Shown here: positions 26,211 through 36,600 of the stretch, one piece after another
Layout of the letters: each line of letters opens with the position of its first letter
How positions within the stretch are numbered: the stretch's first letter is position 1
Source: Chrysomallon squamiferum
Lineage: Eukaryota > Animalia > Mollusca
Assembly (NCBI GenBank): GCA_012295275.1
Contig: CM022673.1
Location: 13,764,001-13,828,000 of the forward strand
Direction of reading: 5' to 3'
Length of the DNA stretch: 64,000 nt
Position numbers and translations under genes: made by a program
The notes under the pieces: generated by a model
Seen by the model: only the letters and a program-made list of their open reading frames with translations
The model's database searches: none
Told to the model about the DNA's origin: nothing

Positions 26211-28285
26211 TTTGTGTATTTCAGTAGTGTATGTATGAAGAGAACCAGTGTGATAACAGCACCCTGCTCCTCACAGCTCTGCCCAGTGTTCCAAAAACAA
26301 TCAAATCTCCAAACCACCCACACAACTACAGCAAGTTAGTTAAACATATCAATGTCATAGTTTATGTTAGTATAGAACACAACTACAGCAAGTTAGTTAA
26401 ACATATCAATATCATAGTTTATATTAGTATAGTACACAACAATCAAACCTCCAAACCACAAACACAACTACAGCAAGTTAGTTAAACATATCAATATCAT
26501 AGTTTATGTTAGTATAGAACACAACTACAGCAAGTTAGTTAAACATATCAATATCATAGTTTATATTAGTATAGTACACAACAATCAAACCTCCAAACCA
26601 CAAACACAACTACAGCAAGTTAGTTAAACATATCAATATCATAGTTTATATTAGTATAGTACACAACAATCAAACCTCCAAACCACAAACACAACTACAG
26701 CAAGTTAGTTAAACATATCAATATCATAGTTTATGTTTGTATAGTACACAACAATCAAACCTCCAAACCACAAACACAACTACAGCAAGTTAGTTAAACA
26801 TATCAATATCATAGTTTATGTTTGTATAGTACACAACAATCAAATCTCCAAACCACAAACACAACTACAGCAAGTTAGTTAAACATATCAATATCATAGT
26901 TTATATCAATATAGTACACAACAATCAAATCTCCAAACCACAAACACAACTACAGCAAGTTAGTTAAATTTATCAATATCATAGTTTATGTGTGTATAGT
27001 ACAGTTATTATTTGGCTTCATTACACACACATGCAATGCACAGATACACACAAACACACAGACACATGCATATAGTTTCAATACATATTCAAAATGCTGT
27101 GTTCTCTGTTTCAGTGACTTGCTCTGCAGGTGGGAACTGAACACAGGAAGTAAAGACATGGTTGTCTCCCTTGAAACCACTCGATCAGACATTGAATTCA
27201 CTGACAACTGCATAGGAGACCACATAGAAATATTTGATGGTATTTTGTTTATTACAGAAATTTTTATTTTGTAACTTGAAAGGAATAATATGCTTTTATA
27301 AGTTAGTTGAAAGTGTGTTTTATATCTTAATTGAAAATCACTATTGATTATACATTTTATAAATTTGCAATGAAAAATTGGGGTGAGATTTAGTCCATCA
27401 CATGAAGATTAATATATGGAATCAGTCTGGCAACTGTTAAATATGAGAATTGTTATGTAACTGTAAGGCTCCCAGTAGTATAAAAGGTGTATAAACTCTG
27501 CAGGTTTGGTTCAGTGTGGACACAGTGTATTCTAAACAACAAAATACAATAAACCAAAACAAATGATTTTACTTTTTCTGAAGAAATTTATTGTCATGAT
27601 TTTTTGTTATTTTAAAAAAAAATTGGTACAGATGAGGAGAGTGTGAAGAAAATCAGATGGTGTGGGACAGACACACCCACTTACCTGAGTTCAGGTGAAA
27701 GAATGGTGGTGATTTTTAAAACAGACTTTGCTGTTGGTGCATCTGGGTTTGCAATGACTTACATGGCTGTTGACAAACCACACACAGGTGCAATATTTTC
27801 ACTACATTCTTCATTATGATGTGTAAATTTTATTCTCTGTTGGTATTTACTGATACCAGTGACTGGTGTTTGTAAAATTTTATCTATATTTGGACATTGG
27901 CCCTTTTTTAAAATAATTTATGCAAAATTAGGATATTTGATAAAAGAAAAAAAAAAAAGAAAAATAAAGAATGCTGAAAATTTGTAAAGAATATCATGCA
28001 GCCTCGTGTTGAACAAATAAAAGATATATCTGATACTCATTAATAATTTAATGTAATGCATACATAATGTATTCAGTATGTTCTGTTGAAGTTTAAATAT
28101 TTTTCTGATTATGTAAATGTCTGTGTGTTGCAGGTCTGTCCACATCAACAATCTACGGCATCACGCTGGCAGTCCTGCTCCTGGTCATCATCATCTGTGC
28201 TGCGGTCTACATCGTCAGGAAGAAGAGACAGAAGGGAGACAACATATTCATATCAAATGTTCAGTACAAACCTGCAGCAACTTGA
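11978..28285 (+). CDS. Type-I membrane protein with signal peptide, 8 CUB domains, one TM helix and a short tail (cubilin/tolloid-like CUB repeats)
   Basis: Signal exon 11978-12038. CUB triplets: 12741-12837/13386-13519/14034-14201; 15016-15151/15644-15789/16661-16828; 17404-17482/17813-17955/18309-18464; 19023-19104/19309-19430/20145-20312; ~21382-21438 (garbled)/21819-21925/22474-22620; 22841-22931/23345-23475/24058-24225; 24720-24798/25262-25377/25757-25909; ~26241-26334/27115-27239/27632-27787. Last exon 28134-28285 encodes IYGITLAVLLLVIIICAAVYIV-RKKRQK. CUB motifs: SPNYPENY..CKWNI, FHSDSFSTSRGF, SPNHPVYY..CMWHI, FKSDSAVANRGF, FKTDFAVGASGF. Confidence 0.88.
12855..13147. repeat. Compound (TAT)n/(TAG)n microsatellite; similar tracts at 18222-18300, 18475-18750, 21950-22170, 58380-58432, 62560-62780, 63045-63355
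   Basis: Directly visible trinucleotide runs in introns; they generate the poly-I/L/N/Y ORFs of the ORF track. Confidence 0.9.
16963..17419 (+). repeat. ~60-bp tandem repeat, 8 copies, containing branch point, acceptor and first 16 nt of exon 17404
   Basis: Unit GTAAAGATGTAACTGATATTTATGTTTTAATATCTGTGTTTTAG|ACAAATCTAGTTGTTA. AG ends at 16980, 17040, 17102, 17162, 17222, 17284, 17343 and 17403. Confidence 0.95.
19780..20125. repeat. ~24-bp AT-rich minisatellite whose last ~3 copies are inverted
   Basis: TGTTATTATATTAAATGTTTTC(TG) repeated ~11 times to ~20045, then the reverse complement ATAATAACAAAAATAACATTTAAT ~3 times. Confidence 0.85.
20670..21390 (+). repeat. 66-69-bp tandem repeat, ~10 copies, containing an acceptor and the start of the first CUB5 exon
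   Basis: Unit GTTAAATACTTGTTTTTATATTACAG|ATACATGTGACTTCTCCATGTACTACACAGTTCTGTTGTAACA. AG ends at 20724, 20793, 20862, 20928, 20997, 21064, 21130, 21215, 21279 and 21335. Confidence 0.9.
26297..27003 (+). repeat. 57/85-bp tandem repeat, 9 copies, containing the exon 3' end and donor site
   Basis: Unit (ACAATCAAAYCTCCAAACCACAA)ACACAACTACAGCAA|GTTAGTTAAACATATCAATATCATAGTTTATRTTAGTATAG. GT at 26335 (real), 26392, 26477, 26534, 26619, 26704, 26789, 26874 and 26959. Confidence 0.95.
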
Positions 28286-29423
28286 ATATTACACGTGTGT
28301 CCTTGTGGCCATGTTTCAATGCAACATTTGTGCCATAGTTGTTGTGGGAAGCTGGTTTGCTGTGGTCATTGGGGGTAGAGTTAGCTGTAACTTGGAGGGT
28401 GGGGGAAATAGCTATTTTTGTTACAGGTAGGGGTGGAAGAAAATAGGTGTTACCGATACAATATGGGTGGGGAAATTAATTTCTGTTATGAGATAATTAA
28501 AATATTTATAACCTTTGTAAAGATCTAGTCAGGTAAATTCATTGTTGACATTGATATCTTATCACTCTATATAAATTCATTGTTTTCATCACAACAAGTT
28601 ATGTAAAATCTTTCTGATATCACATTATTTATATAACACCATGACTGATTTGGTGATTTACATTTTGTCACGTCATTATCATGATTATGTAAAACCATTG
28701 TACACATTGTTTCTTGTTATTTTTATTATATTATTTAAAGATTTTGTTTAATAACAACACCCAACCTCTATAAAAAAAAAAAAAAAAAATATATATAATA
28801 ATAAAAAATAAATCGTAATAATAATAAATCGTAATAATAATAAAACACGCATATGATCTTAAAAATAAAAACTTAAAAAGGTATGAATTATTTAAGTGAA
28901 ATTTTATATGAACAATTTATTAGTACTCAGTGTCAAACATCAGTTTTTCTATGATGTTGATTTGAGAGGAAACTCATACTCATTTCTCAGTATGTTGTTA
29001 CCAGTCAGCTGCATCAGATGTTTCATATGACCCACTCATAGACAGGAAAACACACACTGTTTGGTCTCACAGGACTGGGAAATGCTTTTAAAAGTAGGTG
29101 AAAGTCATCTTGATATTTCTAGAAGGTAAATAGAAGCAAAAGCACTTCTCAAATAAAAATTAAACATACCAGGACAGGTAACTGGTTTGACATTCTGATA
29201 CTTTTTTAAAAGGGAAAACTTTTACATCTTTCTCATTAACAGCAAGGAATTTTTTTAATCCACATTTTCAGAAAGGATGTCAGACACGTACCAGTCATGG
29301 GTATTTTGCTGGAACCAGAAACAGACCATTAATTTTTAAAAAATTTTCTTATGTTTTATTGGTCATGTTATTTTTGTATGTTTGTTTGAATCTGTACTTG
29401 GAACTGTGCAATAAATATTGTTG

Positions 29424-29455
<32 letters not shown>

Positions 29456-30655
29456 TATTTTTAAAAACAAACATTTATGGAAGAGAACAAAGAGAACAAT
29501 ACAAATAAAACAAACAATAAAACAAAATATTTATTTAACATAAACAACTGGTACCAATTATCTCAATAACAAAACATGCCTGTTACACATATAATTAACA
29601 TTCTTCTTTTTAATATGCATCACTCCTATCCTGACTTACATACTTTTAAACAAGGATTTTTTATATTTTTTATTAATAATAACAAAATGTACAAAACCTC
29701 CAAAATGTTAAAATGGAATGAATTTTGTACATAAATATTCCAGAACAATTAGAAGACTTAATTGTTCACATACTGAAGGCAGTCTAGAATAAACAGAGAA
29801 AAGTATGGGGTTTTCTACATAAAGAATTGTTATAGTTCACTGGTTTCAAATTTATAAACTCAGCTATTTCCTTCATAAACAACATGATTTTCAGATGGCA
29901 CACAGAAGTCACAATCTATTTAAATATGTTCAATAATCATAATTTGTTATTTCATGATATTGTTAGATTTCCATCACTTAACAAATGGATTCACAATACA
30001 AATATAAATGACTTGTGTATTTTGGTGAGATTTTTTAATTCTCTCACTGTGAGAAATCTCACATGATATGTTAACAGCTGGAAACATGCAGTTACCATTA
30101 CTACCACCACAAATTTGTGAGAACACTCACATTTCTTACTTTTTTGATCTGGAACATCTATATGGTTGATCTCAATGAACTTGAAAATATCCATATTATC
30201 TGACACTGGTCACAAAATCTGGATATAATTCAACAGATCATGGTAATAGTATCTATTTTTGTGATCACTGATTCACTTTCTCTAAATCAGTCACTGAAGC
30301 CTAGATACAATAATGTTTATATTTATCATCATCCAGATGACAAACACTCTTTAAATTAGACAATGAAGCACTGATATGGACATGGAACATTCAGATTTAA
30401 TTTAGGATTCCTCAGCAGTGTAATACTATTCACTTGATTTCACTGAAAACACACACACATGGAGGAGCAGAAAATCCTTCATTTACAAGGTCTGGATTTG
30501 GAACATGATGTCGTTACTGGTTAATATTCAGTTGGTATTCACTTGACTGAAATCACTAAATTCAGACCTTTATTTACTTGATTTCAGTGATAAGGTTTAG
30601 ATCAAGAAATCATATTTACGTCACTTCAGAAACAAGCTCAGATTCAGATCTTTAT

Positions 30656-33600
30656 TTACTCGACGTCGATGATGAGGTTGATGTTCATGGCAGCCAGCTC
30701 TGCTACAAGGTACTGGTAGACGTAGGGAACAGTGATGACCTGCATCTTGTCTGTCCGTCTGCACAGCCGACATGTCCACTGGCGCCGAGACTCAGAGGAA
30801 ATCGCTGCGACTGGAAGAGCTGGCTTTTCTAGCAGTGGAGACAAAATATTCCCACAGTCTGTGCAGATACGAGCCTGAACACAACAAATTTACAAAAAAA
30901 ATAATAAACAGAAGTCAAGACATTTATTAAAAATTTCATGATTTTATATTCCAGAAAGTTGAAAGAAAATGAGAGAAAAGAAAAAATGGAATTTTTGTTA
31001 AAACTTTGACAACTTGGTTATGAATTTATGTGAAGATAATTATATTAGAACAAATACATTACACAAAAATAAAAATAAATTTTAGGATAACTATTTACAA
31101 AGTGTCAGTGAGAATATTATCTGAGTGAGGTAGGTGGGTAAGATGTTTCTATGATTGTTTGTAAGATCTGCTCTCAGACCTGATACAGAACACCAGGGCT
31201 ATTTCTTTTGTATCAAATCTATCTGAGAATGGAATCCATCTCTCATCTTACTAAATTACTTAAATGAAACCTACTGAGTGTTAATATAAAAACACATGAC
31301 TATAAAAATAGTATGAACTTACAAATAACTTGTCAGTGTTAATATAGAAATGCATGATCATAAAGAAAACTTACAAATGACTTGTCAGAACAGTTAAGGA
31401 GACGATCTTGTAACATGAAAACTGTGCCATGAGAAATAAGAGCATCCCTCTCCATCTCGCCAAACCTCACCCCACCCATTTTCTTCCTGCCCTTCACTGG
31501 CTGGTGGGTCAACTGGTCAATAGGTCCAGTTGATCGAACCTGAAGACAAAACCACATCATACAGCACTGGCTTAACAATCACTGGTATTAATGTATAAAC
31601 CTATTTTGTAAAAAATACACTTTCCATTTCTCTCCTAACATCTTTTCATTCACAGAACTAAAATACTGGGTTTTTTAAAAAAAAAGAAAATGATAGACTG
31701 ATAGGTTTTATCATGTTTTGAAAAGTCTGCTTATCAATGTCAGCAAAGATACATTATTAGGTAAACCAGTTGTGGCTGTTGTATCAATCAATCTCTACAA
31801 AATTTTTTTTATTGTTTTTGTTTTTACATACAATAATATTACAATATTAGGACCACAGCAAGTTCTTTCCAATCTTTCATTAGTTTTTGCACACATCTGT
31901 ATCTATGTTTTCATGCTTTTTAAAAAATAGAAGGCCCACAGATTTATCTTTTAAAGTTACCAGCAATGAAAACATATTGCTATAATTTCACAAAAAGAAA
32001 CAGAACAAAATAAAGGCTGAGTAAACAACAAACCTGGAACTTGTCAGACACCATGTGTCTCAGTCTCTGATAGTAGACGATGCCAAAGAAGATGTCTGCC
32101 TCCAGCTCTCGTCCATCCACTCCACTGTACATCTTCTCTGTGCCGTAGTAGTCGTAGCCAGCTGAGCAAACCAAGTACAGCAGTTTAGTAAATGACGTGA
32201 GGCAATAATAGTAATGATGGTGATAATGGATGATGGTGATGATGATGATGATGATAATAATAATAGTTATGATGATGATAATAGAACAGTAACAACAACA
32301 ACAACAACAATAATACTAAGACTACTAACAATAAAAACAACAGCAGCAATAATTGTAAAAAAACAACAATTTAAATTAATTTTTTTTTAAAAATACAACT
32401 TTATAGAAATCTATTAAAATACTGATTTACCCAACAAATAAAACACAACACTAAAATAACAAGAAAAAAAAAAAAAATAATAATAACAATAATTCTCCCA
32501 AAAGAAAATAATTACATAGTAAATTAATATTCTTGTAGGTGTGTCTTTTAAGATGTTGTGTAACACAATAAATTAACATTAGAACAATGAATAAACTTGT
32601 GAGTCACCTGCTGTCAGAGTTTTTCCGAAGTAGTCGGTGGCTGGCTGGTCCTCGGAGAACATGAATGGAGATGCGTCAAAACACGTCCCATGCAGCGCTG
32701 CCGACTTGTTAGCCATCGACTCTATCATCATCCCTGAAAACACACCTCAAACACTTCACAAACAGTATCATCATCCCTGAAAACACACCTCAAACACTTC
32801 ACAAACAGTATCATCATTCCTGAAAACACACCTCAAACACTTCACAAACACTTCACAAACAGTATCATCATTCCTGAAAACACACCTCAAACACTTCACA
32901 AACACTTCACAAACAGTATCATCATTCCTGAAAACACACCTCAAACACTTCAAAACACTTCATTCTTTTCCTGAAAACACACCTCAAACACATCAAAGAC
33001 AGTATCATCATTCCTGAAAACACACCTCAAACACTTCACAAACAGTATCATCATTCCTGAAAACACACCTCAAACACTTCACAAACAGTATCATCATTCC
33101 TGAAAACACACCTCAAACACTTCACAAACACTTCATAAACAGTATCATCATTCCTGAAAACACACCTCAAACACTTCACAGACAGTATCATCATTCCTGA
33201 AAACACACCTCAAACACTTCACAGACAGTATCATCATTCCTGAAAACACACCTCAAACACTTCACAAACAGACAGTATCATCATTCCTGAAAACACACCT
33301 CAAACACTTCACAAACAGTATCATCATTCCTGAAAACACACCTCAAACACTTCACAAACAGTATCATCATTCCTGAAAACACACATCTCAAACACTTCAC
33401 AAACAGTATCATCATTCCTGAAAACACACCTCAAACACTTCACAAACACTTCACAAACAGGATCATCATTCCTGAAAACACACCTCAAACACATCAAAGA
33501 CAGTATCATCATTCCTGAAAACACACCTCAAACACTTCACAAACAGTATCATCATTCCTGAAAACACACCTCAAACACTTCACAAACAGTATCATCATTC

Positions 33601-36600
33601 CTGAAAACACACCTCAAACACTTCACAAACAGTATCATCATTCCTGAAAACACATCTCAAACACTTCACAAACAGTATCATCATCCCTGAAAACACACCT
33701 CAAACACTTCACAAACACTTCACAAGCAGAAAGTATCATCATTCCTGAAAACACCTCAAACACTTCACAGTCAGAAAGAATCATCATCCCTGAAAACACA
33801 CCTCAAACACTTCACTAACAGTATCATCATTCCTGAAAACACACCTCAATCACTTCACTAACACTATCATCATTCCTGAACACACCTCAAACACTTCACA
33901 AACAGACAGTATCATCATTCCTGAAAACACACCTCAAACACTTCACAAACAGAAAGTATCATCATTCCTGAAAACACACATCAAACACTTCACAAACAGA
34001 AAGTATCATCATTCCTGAAAACACACCACAAACACTTCACAAACAGTATCATCATTCCTGAAAACACACCTCAAACACTTCACAGACAGAAAGTATCATC
34101 ATTCCTGAAAACACACCTCAAACACTTCACAAACAGAAAGTATCATCATTCCTGAAAACACACCTCAAACACTTCACAAGCAGAAAGTAACATCATTCCT
34201 GAAAACACACCTCAAACACTTCACAAACAGAAAGCAACATGTGTTTCCAAAAAACAAACATTTCACAAACAGAATGTAACATCTATCTCCAAAATACTAA
34301 CATTTCACAAACAGAAAGTAACATCTATCTCCAAAAAACTAACATTTCATAAACAGAAAGTAACATCTATCTCCAAAATACTAACATTTCACTAACAGAA
34401 AGTAACATCTATCTCCAAAAAACTAACATTTCATAAACAGAAAGTAACATCTATCTCCAAAATACTATTCTTATTAATATTTAAGTGTTATATACATCTT
34501 CAAAATAGTTTTTTTTTTTATTAATATAAAATATTAACATATTTATGATCTCTTGATTCATTAATAAGTAATATACATACTCAAAACAATGTTTATTAAT
34601 ACTGAATGTTCAAATATTTAATAATTCTTTGATTTACTAAACTTGATGTTATCTTCAAAACAATGTTTATTTATGTGTTTATTTAAATACTTCATAATCC
34701 CTAGATTTACAAAATTAAGTAGTATAAAAAAAAATGAAAACACCTGTATAAAGATGTAGGTGTTAATAAAATAATGTTGAAAATAATGTTTATTAATATA
34801 GAACATTTAAATAATTCATAATTCTAGGATTTACAAAATGTAAAACCCAGAATCAAATCAAGTGTAATTAAAAATTATAATATTTCATTACTCCCTGGAT
34901 TAACAAAATGTAAAACGTATATTAATGTTTATTAACATGTAAACAGCAGACAATCCAGTCAGTAGCTTCATCACAACTCAGTAACACAAGTGAGAAACAC
35001 GTTTATCTGTGAATTTATCTCTAACACATGGAAACACTGAGAAAATAAAAAAGAAAGAAAAATGGCTTTATCCATCAACTTCTGCAGACTTGTACTTTAT
35101 TATCTCTAAAAAATATATTAAGTATATGGGATTTAGACTGTAAGACATGTTTTTGTGCTCTGTTACAATATTTATCAGGCTCACCTATTGTCATTCGGGA
35201 GGGGTAACCGTGGGGATTGAAGATAATGTCAGGAACCATTCCACTTTCAGTGAATGGTAGATCTTCTGCTGGCCACATCATACTACAATATGTGTAAATA
35301 TTTTTAAGTTATTTGAAATATTTTAATGCAAAAAGAGAGAACATTCATATTAATAATAAATTTGTAACTTTATATTGCAAAGATCAGTAAGTTTGTATTA
35401 AAAATATCACTGAAACTTTTTATTAAGAATATCACTGAAACTCCTTATTAAAAATATCACTGTAACTTCATATTAAAAATATCACTAACTTCGTATTAAA
35501 AATAATATCAAGAAATAACTTGATTTTTACGTGTGCATGATTTAAAAATTGCTGCATGTAAAAATTGTGTTGTTCTATTAAAAAAAAAATAACAATTTAA
35601 ATTAAAAAAATAAAACGTACCTACAAATTCCTTTCTGTCCATGGCGACTTGCAAACTTATCTCCAATTATAGGATTTCTCTGAATGCAACAAATAAAACT
35701 AAATCATGGACAAATTAACAGTATTTAATTCTCCAGTACACTGTAACATTAACAAAGTTTTGTATAATACAGATATACAAGAATGGATGAATTAAAACGT
35801 AAATAAATGAGTAACTGCTCATCACAACTCAAGATAGATGAATACCTGTCAAACATCTTTTCCAGTAACTGTGAGAAAAGAAACATGTTTCTTTCACCCC
35901 ACATATCAAAGGAATGTTTTAGTATCTGCAGATGAGAAAAACTGTTTAAAATGAATTTTACCTGAATCCTGAGAACAAATCGAACTCTCTGCATGATCCC
36001 AGTTCCATATTCATTTCCAAGAATCTTTATCTGGTCAACGTACGCTGGCTCTTCACTCTTGTATTTCGTAACTTTGACATCTCCTGTCAGTAGGTTTATG
36101 TAGCTGGAAAAGAAAACAAGCTACATGGTAATGAAAGTAAAGCTGAGTATTTTGATACAATAACATAAACATATAAGAATCAGATTTTTAAAAATTTAGA
36201 TAAAAAATAAAAAAAATAAAATAAAATAAAAAATATATAAATATAAATAAAAAGATTTAAAAAAAAAAGAGGAAAAATTAGATTAAATAAGATAAAATAA
36301 ATAAAAATTGATGAAAAAATAAAAATAAAACCAACAATGATATACAGTAGAGAATAATTAGCTAAAAAGAATCACAGAGGTTTGTGTGACTAAATTCACT
36401 TTTCATATAATTTAAATTTAGCCGCATTTAAAAAAAAATATGAACAAATTACAAATTCTGAAAGATCTTTTAACTAAACGGACCACAAGCTACTAACAGC
36501 AGTTGTTTATTTTTCAATACTCTGAATCATTATTACCTGTAATATGGATCACCTTCCTTCAGGTAAGTTCCTACTGGGGGGAGACCATCACTGTCCAGTC

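Noticed and set aside
32723-34235. Regular ~43-bp repeats as a CRISPR array or as coding ORFs (32771-32953, 33324-33524)
   Set aside because: No unique spacers, no cas genes and a eukaryotic intron context; the ORFs are translations of the repeat.
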